DNA from: an uncultured Gammaproteobacteria bacterium
Lineage (GTDB): Bacteria > Patescibacteriota > Patescibacteriia > Magasanikbacterales > UBA922
Assembly: GCA_964646505.1 (NCBI GenBank)
Contig: CAZYEQ010000001.1
Location: 1,713 to 45,064 of the forward strand
Reading direction: 5' to 3'
Length of the DNA stretch: 43,352 nt
Shown here: positions 1-11,278 of the stretch, piece by piece
How the letters are laid out: every line of letters starts with the position of its first letter
Position numbering within the stretch: the stretch's first letter is position 1
Notes under the pieces: generated by a model
Seen by the model: the letters and a program-made list of their open reading frames with translations, nothing else
What the model was told of the DNA's origin: nothing
The model's database searches: none
Translations under genes and position numbers: made by a program

Positions 1-1130
1 TTTGCGAGGTCGGCACCCGTAAACCCTGGGGTGCGTTCAGCCAAACGCTGCATTGAAACCTCGGTTGCAAATGGTTTGTTTTTGGCATGAACCTGAAGAA
101 TCTCGAGACGTGCGGCCAAGTCTGGTTTTTCAATCACCACACGACGATCAAAGCGGCCAGGGCGAAGGAGCGCCTGATCAAGGACATCTGGGCGGTTCGT
201 AGCCGCCATCACAATAACCCCAATGTTTGGATCAAAGCCATCCATTTCAACAAGAATTTGGTTGAGTGTTTGTTCGCGTTCATCATGACTTCCCCCGAGT
301 CCTGCTCCACGCTTACGACCAGCGGCATCAATTTCATCAATAAAAATAATCGCTGGCGCAGATTTTTTCGCCTTCTGAAACAGATCACGTACACGTGAAG
401 CGCCTACACCCACAAACATTTCCACAAACTCAGATCCACTCATGTGAAAAAATGGCACACCCGCCTCCCCTGCTACTGCTTTTGCGAGGAGTGTTTTACC
501 AGTACCCGGCGAACCCATAAGTAAAACCCCTTTCGGAATTTTCGCTCCCATGTCAGCAAATTTTTTCGGATTTTTTAAGAAATCAACCACTTCTTCTAAC
601 TCTTCCTTCGCTTCTTTCGCGCCAGCCACATCCTTAAAGGTCTTTTTTTCTTTACTTTCTTCTGGCTTCACCTCTTTCGCACTGCTCTGACCAAAACCCA
701 TCGCCCGATTGTTAGCACCGTTTACTTGGCGGGTCATAAAAAATAACAGTCCGCCCAAAATTAAAAACGGTAAAATATACGGCGCCAGAGTTTTAACCCA
801 AAATACCACACCACCTTCATCTTTCACCGTCACTGCCACATCACGGAGCGAACTTGTCGCCACACCGTAGTCGGTCATGAGTTCTGAAAATGACTGATTA
901 TATTCTTTTTGCACACGTTCTTTTCTCGCCTGCTCATCTTTGAGTTCTACAAATAAATAGTTCCCCTGCACTTCAATTGACTTCACTTCGGCATTGCCAA
1001 TTTGAGTCACTAACTGATTCACTGCCACATCCACCGGACCTTCCGCGCGGTCAGCCGCGTAACTCAACCCAAATGCCACTGCGGTGAGAACCGCGATAAT
1101 GATAAGAAACTGTTTAATAAATTGTGTCAT
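1..1130 (-). CDS. ftsH: ATP-dependent zinc metalloprotease FtsH, N-terminal ~376 codons (3' end runs off the window)
   Basis: Absent from the ORF track because it is open at position 1. My minus-strand translation from ATG 1130 gives [18 protein letters not shown] (TM), then Walker [24 protein letters not shown], Walker [10 protein letters not shown], and [24 protein letters not shown]. Confidence 0.9.
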   Translation of the reverse strand, partial: MTQFIKQFLIIIAVLTAVAFGLSYAADRAEGPVDVAVNQLVTQIGNAEVKSIEVQGNYLFVELKDEQARKERVQKEYNQSFSELMTDYGVATSSLRDVAVTVKDEGGVVFWVKTLAPYILPFLILGGLLFFMTRQVNGANNRAMGFGQSSAKEVKPEESKEKKTFKDVAGAKEAKEELEEVVDFLKNPKKFADMGAKIPKGVLLMGSPGTGKTLLAKAVAGEAGVPFFHMSGSEFVEMFVGVGASRVRDLFQKAKKSAPAIIFIDEIDAAGRKRGAGLGGSHDEREQTLNQILVEMDGFDPNIGVIVMAATNRPDVLDQALLRPGRFDRRVVIEKPDLAARLEILQVHAKNKPFATEVSMQRLAERTPGFTGADLA

Positions 1131-1154
1131 AGAAAAAACAAAAACTGTCTTTTG

Positions 1155-1183
1155 AGTATAGGGAAAACACTCGTGATTGTCAA
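1155..1183 (-). promoter_or_regulatory. sigma70-type promoter for ftsH (TTGACA-N17-TATACT)
   Basis: Minus-strand read is TTGACAatcacgagtgttttcccTATACT, about 25 nt upstream of the ftsH ATG. Confidence 0.5.
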
Positions 1184-1201
1184 CCATGGCCATCCTCAAA
1201 C

Positions 1202-1227
1202 AAAAAACCCCGCGGGCGGGGGTTTTT
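1202..1227 (-). terminator. Rho-independent terminator after rpsA
   Basis: GC hairpin CCCCG-cccg-CGGGG flanked by A and T runs, immediately 3' of the rpsA stop at 1235. Confidence 0.6.
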
Positions 1228-1234
1228 GTCTCAA

Positions 1235-2434
1235 TTATTCTGCGTTCGTCTCTCCTGCTACTTCCCCTTCTTTTTCTTCTTCTTTTTTCGCTGTTTCTTT
1301 CTTTGGAGCACGCTTTTGCTTGCCTTTTACACCCTCGAGCTTAAGGCCAAGGCGGTGATCAGTAGGTTCAATGTTCACAATTTCAAAGTTGTAGTTTTTA
1401 CCAATGGTAAATTTCTGTTTCAACTCTTCCACATCTTTCATTTGAGTATCAGAAAGCTCTGAAATATGCGCCAAACCATGAATGTCGTTGTCGAGCTTCA
1501 CCATGAGCCCGAACGGTTCAATTTTATGGACAGCGCCAGAAACTACATCACCTACTTTATACTTCTCTTTCACGCTCTTCCATGGGTCGTCAACAAGACG
1601 CTTCATTGAGAGGTAAATCTTTGATTTGTTGAGGTCAATAATTTGCGCTTCAACACGGTCACCTACTTTAAGCACATCTTTCGGGTGGTCAATTCTCTGC
1701 CATGCGATTTCTGAAATATGCACCAACCCTTCCAAGCCTTCACCAAATTTAACGAAGGCACCGAATGAGGTAAGCGCAGCAACTTCACCTTTAATAGTGT
1801 CGCCAATCTTGTATGAGTCAAGAACTGCTTTTTGTTCATCTTCCCACACGGCTTTTTGTGACACGATAAGTTTTTCTTCTTTTTGGTTTACATCGATTAC
1901 TTTCACCTGCATGTCTTTGCCGATGAGTTCACGAAGTTTTTCCAAAATACGGTTCTTTTCACCGCCTGGCACACGTGGATAGTTTTCCGGTGAGAGCTGT
2001 GACACTGGCATAAAACCTGAGATCGCGTCTACCTGCATCATAAGCCCACCTTTGTTGGCTTGAAGCACTTTAGCGGTAATCGTAAGGCCGTCTTGCATGA
2101 TCTTGGTCATGCGTTCCCATACCTTCTGATGACCAGCTGAACGGAATGATAACTCCATTTCACCATTTTCATTTTCCTGCTCAATAATGGTTGCCTCAAC
2201 CGCGTCGCCCGGCTTGATGTTTGAAAATTCACTTGATTCGCCAAAAAGCTCACGACCACGGACAATACCGGTCGTCATGCCTTGAATATCCAAGCGAACA
2301 ATACCATTTCCTACAGAAATCACTGTACCCGAAACAATATCACCCACTTTAGGAAGGGTTAGAAAATGCTCTTTGAGAAGCTTTCCAAACTCTGTGTCCA
2401 TGATTGCGTCTTGTTTTTTTGCCTTTGTTGCCAT
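1235..2434 (-). CDS. rpsA: 30S ribosomal protein S1 (short form with repeated S1 domains)
   Basis: 399-aa ORF with repeated S1 OB-fold signatures ([39 protein letters not shown]). SD GGGGGAAAACAT precedes the ATG. Confidence 0.9.
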   Translation of the reverse strand: MATKAKKQDAIMDTEFGKLLKEHFLTLPKVGDIVSGTVISVGNGIVRLDIQGMTTGIVRGRELFGESSEFSNIKPGDAVEATIIEQENENGEMELSFRSAGHQKVWERMTKIMQDGLTITAKVLQANKGGLMMQVDAISGFMPVSQLSPENYPRVPGGEKNRILEKLRELIGKDMQVKVIDVNQKEEKLIVSQKAVWEDEQKAVLDSYKIGDTIKGEVAALTSFGAFVKFGEGLEGLVHISEIAWQRIDHPKDVLKVGDRVEAQIIDLNKSKIYLSMKRLVDDPWKSVKEKYKVGDVVSGAVHKIEPFGLMVKLDNDIHGLAHISELSDTQMKDVEELKQKFTIGKNYNFEIVNIEPTDHRLGLKLEGVKGKQKRAPKKETAKKEEEKEGEVAGETNAE

Positions 2435-2513
2435 ATGTTTTCCCCCTATAACCCGAACCCTGTACTAGGTTTCGAGCATCTCGATAAAGCGAGATATGAA
2501 TAAATGTGCGCGT

Positions 2514-2541
2514 AGTATAGCAGAAAAAGGAGGGTTGTCAA
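2514..2541 (-). promoter_or_regulatory. sigma70-type promoter for rpsA (TTGACA-N16-TATACT)
   Basis: Minus-strand read is TTGACAaccctcctttttctgcTATACT. It sits back to back with the plus-strand promoter at 2568. Confidence 0.45.
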
Positions 2542-2567
2542 GAGGGTACCACGCGCTTTAAGGCTAG

Positions 2568-2596
2568 TTGGCAACTCCATTTTTTTCTAGTATACT
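2568..2596 (+). promoter_or_regulatory. sigma70-type promoter (TTGGCA-N17-TATACT)
   Basis: TTGGCAactccatttttttctagTATACT lies 37 nt upstream of ATG 2633. Confidence 0.5.
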
Positions 2597-2632
2597 TCCA
2601 CTCGTTACCCTTCAACATATCAACAAACATAT

Positions 2633-3244
2633 ATGCATCTGTCATGGCTCGGAGGTACTGCCCTTAAAATTCAAACGAAACCTTTAAACGACGACGTGAC
2701 TGTCGTTGTTGACGCGTATAAACCAGATAACGGCTCTTTTCCTCGCAGCCTAACCCCAAACATTGCCATTTTTACTCGTGGCGAAGAAGGCTCTATCCCC
2801 CTTTCAGGAAACCCATTTATTATTAGCACTCCTGGCGAATACGAAATTAAAGGTGTTCTTATCACGGTTGGACAGGGAAAAAACGGCGAACTGGTTTGCC
2901 GAGTTGACGCGGAAAACTTGACTGTCGGCCATCTTGGACTTCGCAAAACCAAACTTGATCAAAAAGAACTTGAAGCCTTGGGGGATGTTGATATCCTCTG
3001 TGTTCCTGCCGGTGGCGGTGAATCGTTTGATATTGAAGGGGCGATTGATGTGGCCAACACCATTGAACCACGTCTCATTATTCCCATCGCCACAGCCTCA
3101 GACAACGATCCAAAAGCACTTTCGGCAGAGGCCTTTGCCAAAGCGTTCGGAAGTGGAACAGACTCGGCCGAAAAGAAACTCATTATGAAGAAAAAAGATC
3201 TTCCTCAAGAAGAAACCAAAGTTGTTTTACTCGCCAAAGAATAA
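2633..3244 (+). CDS. MBL-fold-like (UPF0173/Lactamase_B_3-like) protein lacking the HxHxDH metal motif
   Basis: 203-aa ORF. The N-terminus MHLSWLGGTALKIQT and overall layout recall small MBL-fold hydrolases, but only two His residues are present (H2 and VGHLG). Confidence 0.45.
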   Translation: MHLSWLGGTALKIQTKPLNDDVTVVVDAYKPDNGSFPRSLTPNIAIFTRGEEGSIPLSGNPFIISTPGEYEIKGVLITVGQGKNGELVCRVDAENLTVGHLGLRKTKLDQKELEALGDVDILCVPAGGGESFDIEGAIDVANTIEPRLIIPIATASDNDPKALSAEAFAKAFGSGTDSAEKKLIMKKKDLPQEETKVVLLAKE

Positions 3245-3248
3245 TCCT

Positions 3249-3773
3249 ATGCCACACGGGGCCAAGCAAGGAAAAAAACGCGGAAAGAAATCGCAAAAAA
3301 CTGACGCGTCGGCATTTGCTAAAGAAATCGCGGCTGCCGTCGACATGCTCCCCGAACGAGTGATGGCAGAATACACACCAACTGGTGAAACCTTACCGAA
3401 AAACACTTCGCGCATGATGGTCGGCCATGTGGAGCGGGAAAAACGACGGCTCCTGTTCCTTGGAGTCGGAGGACTCCTTATCATTCTTGTAGTGATGTGG
3501 GGCTGGAACGCACGCGCGTTTATTGGCGACGTTTTCTCTTCATCAAAAGGAATCTCGCTTTTCCCTAAAACCAAACAGAGTATTTCGTCGATGTTTAAAA
3601 CCATTTCACAAACTGCGGTATTACCTGCCGAAACCGCGTCTACGACTCATGAAACCGAGGCAGACACAGCACTCAAGGGTAGTTTTGCCAGTCTTTTTAC
3701 CTCGTCAACCACGTCAACGGCAAACACTGCCTCATCAACGCTTGCGACAACCTCAACGGCCGTGGTACGCTAG
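3249..3773 (+). CDS. hypothetical single-pass membrane protein with Ser/Thr-rich C-terminus
   Basis: I chose ATG 3249 rather than the track start 3222, which overlaps the upstream gene. It has a basic N-terminus, one TM (LLFLGVGGLLIILVVMWGW) and a C-terminal tail rich in S and T. Confidence 0.55.
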   Translation: MPHGAKQGKKRGKKSQKTDASAFAKEIAAAVDMLPERVMAEYTPTGETLPKNTSRMMVGHVEREKRRLLFLGVGGLLIILVVMWGWNARAFIGDVFSSSKGISLFPKTKQSISSMFKTISQTAVLPAETASTTHETEADTALKGSFASLFTSSTTSTANTASSTLATTSTAVVR

Positions 3774-3794
3774 CCCCGCTTTACCTTACCTTTT

Positions 3795-6278
3795 ATGAAA
3801 GAAAAACCAACCCAAGATACCCTTTTGCCACAAACAAACATGGGCAGAGTTGAACCTATTGCCCTCGTAGATGAGATGCAAACCTCGTACCTCGATTACG
3901 CCATGAGCGTTATTGTGCAGCGCGCTTTGCCCGATGTACGCGACGGCCTTAAACCGGTTCATCGCCGTATTTTATACGCCATGTGGCTCCTCGGGCTTCG
4001 CCATACCTCAAAATATTTGAAATCAGCTCGTGTGGTTGGTGATGTGATGGGTAAATACCACCCACACGGCGACATCGCTATTTACGACTCACTCGTGCGC
4101 ATGGCGCAAGATTTTTCCATGCGCAGCCCGCTCGTGCACGGCCAAGGAAACTTTGGTTCAATGGATGGCGACAGTGCGGCCGCGATGCGTTATACCGAGG
4201 CCAAACTCTACGCCATTGCCGAAGAGATGCTTTTTGATATTGAAAAAAACACGGTTGATTTTGGGGCGAATTACGATGGCTCACAAAAAGAACCACGCGT
4301 ATTACCAAGCAAACTTCCTAACTTGCTTTTAAACGGCAGTATGGGTATTGCGGTTGGCATGGCCACCAATATCCCTCCGCATAATTTGAGCGAAATCTGC
4401 GACGGCGTGACCGCGCTTATCGACAACCCCAAACTCACGGTTGAGGAACTCATGGAATACATTAAAGGTCCTGACTTTCCAACCGGCGGCATGATTTATA
4501 ACAAAAAAGATATTTTGGCTGCCTACGCTACGGGTCGCGGCGGTATTGTGCTCCGTGGCACGACCGACATTCAGGAGGCCAAAAACGGTACCTTCCGTAT
4601 TATTGTAACCGAGATCCCCTACCAAGTGAACAAAGCCAACCTGATTGAAAAAATTGCAACCTTGGTACAAGAAAAGAAACTCGAAGGTATTAAAGATTTG
4701 CGTGACGAGTCGAACAAAGATGGCGTGCGCATTGTGATTGAACTCAAAAAAGACGCGTATCCGAAGAAAATTCAAAACGCGCTCTACAAGATGACCGAAC
4801 TTCAAACCACCTTCCACGTCAACATGATTGCCTTGGTTGATGGCATTCAACCGCGCGTCTTAACCCTAAAACACGTTCTTGAAGAACACATCAAACACCG
4901 TGAAATCGTGGTTCGTCGCCGCACGGAATTTGATTTAGAAAAAGCCAAAGATCGCGCGCACATTTTGGAAGGTCTCAAAAAAGCACTCGACAAGATCGAC
5001 CTTATTATTGCAACCATTCGAAAATCAAAAGATAAAGAAGAAGCCAAAGTGAACTTAATGAACAAATTTGGCTTTAGCGAACGCCAAACCGTGGCTATTC
5101 TCGACATGCGCTTGCAACAGTTAGCTAATTTGGAACGCCAAAAAATTGAAGATGAGCTGAAAGAAAAACTCGCGCTCATTAAGGAACTCGAAAGCATTTT
5201 AGCCAGCGCGAAAAAAATTCTTGGCATTATTAAAACCGAAACACTCGACATCAAAGAACGCTTTGGCGATGAGCGCCGAACCAAAATTTTGGCTCATGGT
5301 GTGAAGGAGTTTAGCATGGAAGACCTGGTGCCAAACGAAGCAACGATTGTGATGGTAACCAAAGATGGCTACATCAAACGGATTCCGCCCGACACCTTTA
5401 AAACCCAAAATCGTGGTGGCAAAGGCGTAGTTGGCTTAACCACCAAAGAAGAAGACGTGATTGACCAACTTATTACCACAAACACCCACGACAACCTTCT
5501 CTTCTTTACCAATCGCGGTCGCGTGTTTCAACTCCGGGCGTACGACGTACCGCAAGCGTCACGCACGTCAAAGGGGCAAGCGCTCGTCAACTTCTTACAA
5601 CTTGCGCCAAACGAAAAAGTATCGGCCATGCTTTCGATGGAAGACATGACTAAATACAAGTATCTTGTGATGGTAACAAACAAAGGAACCATTAAAAAAA
5701 CAGCTCTTGAAGATTTTGATAACGTTCGTCGCTCTGGGCTTATCGCGCTCAAACTCAATGCCGATGACATGCTTGAATGGGTACGCCCATCAACCGGTAA
5801 AGACGATATTATTTTGGTCACAGCCGAGGGGCAAGCGATTCGTTTTCGCGAAGCTGATGTGCGTGAAATGGGCCGAAACGCAGCCGGCGTGCGCGGAATG
5901 AAAATAAAATCAAGCGACGAAATTGTGGGCATGGATATTATTTCTCCAGAAGTTATTAAACAGGGCGTTCTCGAACTCTTAGTTATTTCCACACACGGCC
6001 TAGGCAAACGCACCCCGATTGGAGAATACAAGGTGCAAGGACGCGGTGGCAGTGGTATTAAAACCATGGCTGTAACCGACAAAACAGGACGCATTATTGG
6101 CGCGCGAGTGGTAAACACTGCCGACGAACAAATGGATATTATGGTGGTATCAACGAAGGGGCAGGTGGTACGCACACCACTTTCATCGGTGTCGTCACTT
6201 GGCCGCGCCACACAGGGCGTACGCGTGATGCGCTTTAAAGAACCAAACGATTCGGTAGCCACGATGACGCTTGTCTAA
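3795..6278 (+). CDS. gyrA: DNA gyrase subunit A
   Basis: 827 aa. Contains [14 protein letters not shown], the catalytic-Tyr motif [10 protein letters not shown], and C-terminal beta-pinwheel repeats. Confidence 0.97.
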   Translation: MKEKPTQDTLLPQTNMGRVEPIALVDEMQTSYLDYAMSVIVQRALPDVRDGLKPVHRRILYAMWLLGLRHTSKYLKSARVVGDVMGKYHPHGDIAIYDSLVRMAQDFSMRSPLVHGQGNFGSMDGDSAAAMRYTEAKLYAIAEEMLFDIEKNTVDFGANYDGSQKEPRVLPSKLPNLLLNGSMGIAVGMATNIPPHNLSEICDGVTALIDNPKLTVEELMEYIKGPDFPTGGMIYNKKDILAAYATGRGGIVLRGTTDIQEAKNGTFRIIVTEIPYQVNKANLIEKIATLVQEKKLEGIKDLRDESNKDGVRIVIELKKDAYPKKIQNALYKMTELQTTFHVNMIALVDGIQPRVLTLKHVLEEHIKHREIVVRRRTEFDLEKAKDRAHILEGLKKALDKIDLIIATIRKSKDKEEAKVNLMNKFGFSERQTVAILDMRLQQLANLERQKIEDELKEKLALIKELESILASAKKILGIIKTETLDIKERFGDERRTKILAHGVKEFSMEDLVPNEATIVMVTKDGYIKRIPPDTFKTQNRGGKGVVGLTTKEEDVIDQLITTNTHDNLLFFTNRGRVFQLRAYDVPQASRTSKGQALVNFLQLAPNEKVSAMLSMEDMTKYKYLVMVTNKGTIKKTALEDFDNVRRSGLIALKLNADDMLEWVRPSTGKDDIILVTAEGQAIRFREADVREMGRNAAGVRGMKIKSSDEIVGMDIISPEVIKQGVLELLVISTHGLGKRTPIGEYKVQGRGGSGIKTMAVTDKTGRIIGARVVNTADEQMDIMVVSTKGQVVRTPLSSVSSLGRATQGVRVMRFKEPNDSVATMTLV

Positions 6279-6301
6279 CAAGTTCGAATATAGAAAAACA
6301 T

Positions 6302-6329
6302 AAAATCCGGCCGATTGGCCGGATTTTTT
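6302..6329. terminator. bidirectional rho-independent terminator between convergent genes
   Basis: Perfect 8-bp hairpin ATCCGGCC-gatt-GGCCGGAT flanked by an A run and a T run. Confidence 0.65.
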
Positions 6330-6337
6330 ATACCCCT

Positions 6338-6790
6338 TTAGGCTGCGCGACGCATGATATGGGAAGAGGTATCTCGGTCTCTTGAAAAGAGTTCCTCCAG
6401 CTGATCAGCACTCTCGATACAAACCGTATTGTGTATTCCGCCATGTTCTGTGCGCACATACAAATGTCCGTCGTGGGTGTTTATATACACATCACACCCC
6501 GATGATGGCGGTGTCACATGAACAAAATCGCGTTCTAGCTGTTGCACATGTAAAGACCCCCCTAAACGACGAAGCCACTCCAAACTTTGCTTCGCATGAA
6601 AAAAAGCGAGGTAGCGTTGTGGTTCTTCAGGATTAAGTTCAGTAATGTGGGCCATAATTCTATCTCCAAGCCCTGTTTCTTTTCCTTCTAATCCTAAAGC
6701 TAGTTGACGAATAACATTGCTAACCTCACGAACATTGGGATTAAATGATGCAACCGTCTCTGGAGGACCTTTCATGCGAAATGTTTCCAT
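6338..6790 (-). CDS. hypothetical protein (150 aa)
   Basis: The ORF is packed 2 nt after the ruvA stop. I recognise no motif. Confidence 0.6.
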   Translation of the reverse strand: METFRMKGPPETVASFNPNVREVSNVIRQLALGLEGKETGLGDRIMAHITELNPEEPQRYLAFFHAKQSLEWLRRLGGSLHVQQLERDFVHVTPPSSGCDVYINTHDGHLYVRTEHGGIHNTVCIESADQLEELFSRDRDTSSHIMRRAA

Positions 6791-6792
6791 AC

Positions 6793-7365
6793 TTAACGAA
6801 TAAATTGTAAAGCTTTTTTCACGAGTTCGGTCACGGTTCCATCAACCCCCGACAAGGCGTTTGCTGCCTCACGCGCCTCACTTTCCTCATACCCCATTGC
6901 CAGGAGTGCCTCTACTACCTCGCCTAGCGCATCAGATTCGCCTTCAGGCGACGATTCAAGCGTTCGAGCCATCTTTCCCTTCAATTCAACCACCAGGCGC
7001 TCAGCGGTCTTTTTACCCATGCCTTGCACAGCCGTCAGGTATTTTACATCCCCACGAATAATCGCGTCTTGAATGCTTTGCATTTTGCCGAGCGCTAAAA
7101 TATTCAACGCGGTTTTTGGCCCGACCCCTGAAACCGTTAGTAATTTTTCAAAAAAAATACGCTCCTCAATATGCAAAAACCCAAATAATTCGAGTGCACC
7201 CTCGGCCACCTTTAAATAGGTGTGAAGCGTGGCGTTACGCCCCACCGCAAGAGACGCACTTGTGTTTGGTGTAACAAACAGCGCATACCCCACACCGCCT
7301 TCGGTCATAAGCACGACCCCCGACAGGTTTTGCTCAATCACTTCTCCCATAATAACGCGAATCAT
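6793..7365 (-). CDS. ruvA: Holliday junction DNA helicase subunit RuvA
   Basis: 190 aa. N-terminal OB domain (GVGYALFV), HhH region (LLTVSGVGPKTALNILA, LTAVQGMGKKTAERLVVEL) and a C-terminal domain III. Confidence 0.9.
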   Translation of the reverse strand: MIRVIMGEVIEQNLSGVVLMTEGGVGYALFVTPNTSASLAVGRNATLHTYLKVAEGALELFGFLHIEERIFFEKLLTVSGVGPKTALNILALGKMQSIQDAIIRGDVKYLTAVQGMGKKTAERLVVELKGKMARTLESSPEGESDALGEVVEALLAMGYEESEAREAANALSGVDGTVTELVKKALQFIR

Positions 7366-7403
7366 ATGCGCGTATCATATCACAATCACATTATGTTGTG
7401 CGA

Positions 7404-8099
7404 CTAGGCTTTTACACAAACATAACTCGCCACAATCGCGGCCGTTTCGCCACGCAAGGTTGTGGTGCCGAGCGATACAGCGGTAAACCCTGCTGCTTTG
7501 GCTTTTTCACATTCACGTTCACTCCAGCCACCCTCTGGGCCAATCCACCCGGCTTTTGCGCCACCCACATGCGCGCTGCCCATTGCCTTACCAACACGAT
7601 CAAAAAAGCAATGTTCTGCATTCATATCCGCTCCGCTCAGAGCCTCGTCAAACGACATTGGTTCATGAATAGTTGGTACCACACTTCTGCCCGACAGCTC
7701 TGTTGCTTCTTTCGCAATAGCAAGAAGCCTATCATGCTTCAATCCCAACTTCACCGTACGATCAGTAATGATTGGCACAATGTGTGTCACCCCAAGTTCG
7801 GTCATTTTTTCTACCACAAGCTCAAACAGGTTACGCTTCAAAATGGCCACATACATGGTTACCTTGTTCGATGCCTCGCCTTCATTTTGCCATGTACGCA
7901 ATGCACGCCCTTCGACCATGTCACCCACTCGTGTTAGTTCAATTTCAACCACACGTCCGTGGCCGTCTAACAAAGCAACCACTTCACCGGTCACGAGCTT
8001 CAACACATCACGAATCTGGCGCACGACCGAGCCTGTTTCAACGGTCACCACGCCACCTTCTTCGCGCATGTCAGTAATAAAGCGATGTATTTTCTTCAT
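7404..8099 (-). CDS. rsmE: 16S rRNA (uracil1498-N3)-methyltransferase RsmE
   Basis: MKKIHRF start, preceded by GGAGtatctATG. C-terminal SPOUT motif IGPEGGWSERE...SLGTTTLRGETAAI. I prefer start 8099 over track start 8114. Confidence 0.85.
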   Translation of the reverse strand: MKKIHRFITDMREEGGVVTVETGSVVRQIRDVLKLVTGEVVALLDGHGRVVEIELTRVGDMVEGRALRTWQNEGEASNKVTMYVAILKRNLFELVVEKMTELGVTHIVPIITDRTVKLGLKHDRLLAIAKEATELSGRSVVPTIHEPMSFDEALSGADMNAEHCFFDRVGKAMGSAHVGGAKAGWIGPEGGWSERECEKAKAAGFTAVSLGTTTLRGETAAIVASYVCVKA

Positions 8100-8129
8100 A
8101 GATACTCCACACATGACACAAAAACTTTT

Positions 8130-11057
8130 CTATACTTTTTGTACACCGAGTCTCACCTCTTCATTATCAACCTGAGCCACTTCGCCTACTCCTTCAAACG
8201 TGACCGTGCTCGCAAGTACCAGACGTTGCAATTCATCCAAAAACTGTTTTGCCACTCCTTCAACATACGCACTACCGCCGATATCAAGAGTGATCATTGA
8301 ATCGCGTGTTAAGCCAAGTTCTTTCCGTTTTTGATTTACGGTGCGCACTAGTTCGCGCAGAGTTCCTTCTTGTTTAAGCTCTTCAGTGATGGTGGTATCA
8401 AGTGATACCACATATACATCGTCTTTTTTGGTTAACCAACCCTTCCCCTCTTCAATCAACACAATCTCTTTCACGTTTAATTCATCTTTCACAATCTCTT
8501 GATATGGCTTTTCTGGAAGTGGTGAAACCGCGACCGCCTGAAGCACCTGACGCACTTTTATTTTGGCTTCGGCACGAAGCGCCAACCCACGTTCAACAAT
8601 TGCCCGTGCCTTTTCCATAGCCTCGAGACATGGTTTTGATGCTTCAAGTGTACCTCCCGAGGCTTCTGGCCAATATTCGAGGTGCACACTCTCTTTTGCG
8701 CCACCGGTTTTTTCATATACATACTCTGCAACAAACGGCACAAACGGCGCAAGCACACGAGAACATGTCTGCAACACGGTTTCGAGGGTTGAAAGAGCAG
8801 CCAGCGCATCGGCTGAATCTTCACCTTTAAACCGGTCGCGACTGCGACGGAGCCACCACGTAGAGAGCTCATCGACAAAGGCAGTAAGTGGACGAGCCGC
8901 TTCAGCCAAACGATATTTTTCAATGCCAGCCGTTACCTCACGAATGCATTCGTGCAGCTTTGCGATAATCCACGTATCAAGTACATGCTCACTTTGCACA
9001 CGCGCCTCGTGCTCTTTGGCGAATGATTCGTAAAACACCACCACGTTTACAAGGGTGTTCACGAGTTTACTAAATACTTCACGCACACCGGCTTCGGAAA
9101 AATTGAGATTTTCGGCGTGCATGACAGGTGAGGTGGCCAAATAATAGCGAATTGCATCAGCACCGTATTTTTCTATAAGCACGTTCGGGTCGGGGTAGTT
9201 CTTGAGCTTCTTACTCATCTTTTTTCCGTCTTCTGCAAGCACAATCCCGTTTACAATCACGTTTTTAAATGCCGGTGTCGAGGCTGTGACGGGAATGGAA
9301 GGATTGTCACCCATCGTGAGTGCGGTTGCAAGCACATGAAGCGTATAAAACCACCCGCGCGTTTGGTCTTGCGCTTCGCCAATAAATTCGGCCGGAAAAC
9401 TCGCCTCAAACTTTTCTTTATTTTCAAACGGATAGTGCATTTGCCCATAAGGCATAGAGCCAGACTCAAACCAGCAATCGAGCACGTCGGGAATACGCGT
9501 AAATCGTTTTCCATTTTTTTCAATCACCAGTTCGTCCACAATATGTTTATGCAAATCAGTCACTGTTTTTCCTGTAAGTGTCTCTAACTCTTTAACCGAG
9601 CCAACACAAAGCACTTCCCCATCGTCGCTTTTCCAGATAGGAAGTGGTGTTCCCCAAAACCGATTACGCGAAATGGCCCAGTCGTACGCCCCTTCAAGCC
9701 AGTTACCAAAACGACCGTCGCGCATGCTGCTTGGTACCCAGTTTGTTTTTTGGTTATTCTTAAGCAAGTCTTCTTTCATGTGTTCCACTTTCACAAACCA
9801 GCTTGATGTGGCGTAATTCAAAAGCGGCGTATCACAACGCCAACAGTGCGGATAGCTGTGTTCAATTTTTTTCTTCCCAAAAAGTTGCCCCTTGCCCGCC
9901 AGCCACTTAATAATAAGCACGTCAGTTGCTGTTGGGTCGTCTTTTGGTTTTACGTCAATACCTTGAAAATCGGTTACTTCTTTCGCAAACTTGCCGTCCA
10001 TGCCCACATGCTGCACGAGTGGCACCCCTTCCTTTTTCCCTAAGTTATAGTCGTCTTCACCATACGCTGGCGCAATATGCACGATACCCGTACCACTTTC
10101 GGTCGACACAAAATCGGCAGCCACAATGCGAAACGCGCGCTCGGTGTCTTTAAAATATGGAAATAATGGTTCGTATGCCACATCACGGAGCATCATACCA
10201 TTCACCTCTTCAAGCACCTTATATGTTTTGTTGTCGACCACTTCGTTCACTAAGTCTTTTGCCAAGAGATATTTTTTCTCATCGCCCTCAATTTCAATCA
10301 CCACATATTCAACCGCCTTGTGTACGGCCAAAAGCACATTACCAGGAAGGGTCCACGGGGTAGTGGTCCAGGCGAGGGCATACACATCGCCAGTTACCGC
10401 GAATACTTTTTCTGGGTTTTTGAGTTTGAATGACGCGTATACTGAAATATCTTTTACATCTTTGTATCCCTGTGTCACTTCAAAGTTAGACAGTGGAGTG
10501 ACACAATGCGGACACACATGCATGGCTTTGTGCCCTTCATAAATAAGTCCTTTTTTATACAATTCTGAAAATACCCACCACACACTTTCCATAAAGGGCA
10601 GGTCCATGGTCTTGTAATCGTTTTCCATGTCAATAAACCGACCCATGCGTTTCACGGTTTTTTTCCACTCATCGGCATAGGTGAGTACGGTTGCACGACA
10701 CGCTTCGTTAAAATTCGCGACACCGTACGCTAAAATGTCAGGGCGTCCGGCAAAGCCCTTTTCTTTTTCAATAATGTTTTCAATAGGAAGGCCGTGGCAA
10801 TCCCAACCCCAACGTCGCTCTACGCGGTACCCCTGCATGGTGTAATAACGACCAATGATATCTTTAATCACCCCAACCGAAAGGTGGCCGTAGTGCGGCA
10901 GGCCGGTGGCAAATGGAGGGCCATCGTAAAACGCATATGGTTTACCCTCCGGACGCTCTTCAACCGAGCGCTCAAAAATACGGCGATCTTCCCATTGTTT
11001 TTGGATCCGTTTTTCCTCTTCGTTAGCGTTGTATGGCATAGGTAAAATGGGCAACAT
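8130..11057 (-). CDS. ileS: isoleucine--tRNA ligase (type 2-like)
   Basis: 975 aa. Contains PPFATGLPHYGHL (HIGH-class motif), KMSKKLKNYP (KMSKS) and the CP1 editing region. Confidence 0.97.
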   Translation of the reverse strand: MLPILPMPYNANEEEKRIQKQWEDRRIFERSVEERPEGKPYAFYDGPPFATGLPHYGHLSVGVIKDIIGRYYTMQGYRVERRWGWDCHGLPIENIIEKEKGFAGRPDILAYGVANFNEACRATVLTYADEWKKTVKRMGRFIDMENDYKTMDLPFMESVWWVFSELYKKGLIYEGHKAMHVCPHCVTPLSNFEVTQGYKDVKDISVYASFKLKNPEKVFAVTGDVYALAWTTTPWTLPGNVLLAVHKAVEYVVIEIEGDEKKYLLAKDLVNEVVDNKTYKVLEEVNGMMLRDVAYEPLFPYFKDTERAFRIVAADFVSTESGTGIVHIAPAYGEDDYNLGKKEGVPLVQHVGMDGKFAKEVTDFQGIDVKPKDDPTATDVLIIKWLAGKGQLFGKKKIEHSYPHCWRCDTPLLNYATSSWFVKVEHMKEDLLKNNQKTNWVPSSMRDGRFGNWLEGAYDWAISRNRFWGTPLPIWKSDDGEVLCVGSVKELETLTGKTVTDLHKHIVDELVIEKNGKRFTRIPDVLDCWFESGSMPYGQMHYPFENKEKFEASFPAEFIGEAQDQTRGWFYTLHVLATALTMGDNPSIPVTASTPAFKNVIVNGIVLAEDGKKMSKKLKNYPDPNVLIEKYGADAIRYYLATSPVMHAENLNFSEAGVREVFSKLVNTLVNVVVFYESFAKEHEARVQSEHVLDTWIIAKLHECIREVTAGIEKYRLAEAARPLTAFVDELSTWWLRRSRDRFKGEDSADALAALSTLETVLQTCSRVLAPFVPFVAEYVYEKTGGAKESVHLEYWPEASGGTLEASKPCLEAMEKARAIVERGLALRAEAKIKVRQVLQAVAVSPLPEKPYQEIVKDELNVKEIVLIEEGKGWLTKKDDVYVVSLDTTITEELKQEGTLRELVRTVNQKRKELGLTRDSMITLDIGGSAYVEGVAKQFLDELQRLVLASTVTFEGVGEVAQVDNEEVRLGVQKV

Positions 11058-11272
11058 GCCCTATAAAAAACAAAAAACACGTGTATACGTGCGAGAATCC
11101 AGTATTCTGGATGGTACCATCTCACTTCTTGAAGGTAATCCCTCAAGCACTTTATTTGAAGCGCGGTAACGGGCGCACCCGAGAGAGTCTCTTTCCTTAT
11201 GAGGATTTCTTTCTCTCCACTCTTTTAGAAGAACTTTGGTGATAACAAAGCGTATATAGGTATACGTGGGTA
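11058..11272 (-). promoter_or_regulatory. candidate T-box riboswitch leader (tRNA-Ile sensing) upstream of ileS
   Basis: In RNA sense (minus strand), the antiterminator-like element at 11123-11093 is GAGA[UGGUACC]AUCCAG-AAUA-CUGGAUUCUC, a 7-nt UGGNACC bulge between two helices. Stem III-like hairpin CUUGAG-ggauuacc-UUCAAG (11147-11128). F-box CCGUUA (11172-11167) lies inside GGGUGCGCCCGUUACCGCGC, which could form a pseudoknot. AUC codon candidates are at 11234-11250 and 11194-11209. The ~215-nt leader length is typical. Confidence 0.6.
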
Positions 11273-11278
11273 TTTCCT

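Noticed and set aside
5528-6262. Long antisense ORFs inside gyrA, ileS, rsmE and the pilin array (for example 5528-6262, 4329-4850, 8563-9033, 10126-10542, 7398-7937, 26506-26895, 27048-27404).
   Set aside because: They lie fully inside strongly supported genes on the opposite strand. Their composition is Arg/Ser/Cys-rich and low-complexity, typical of shadow ORFs.
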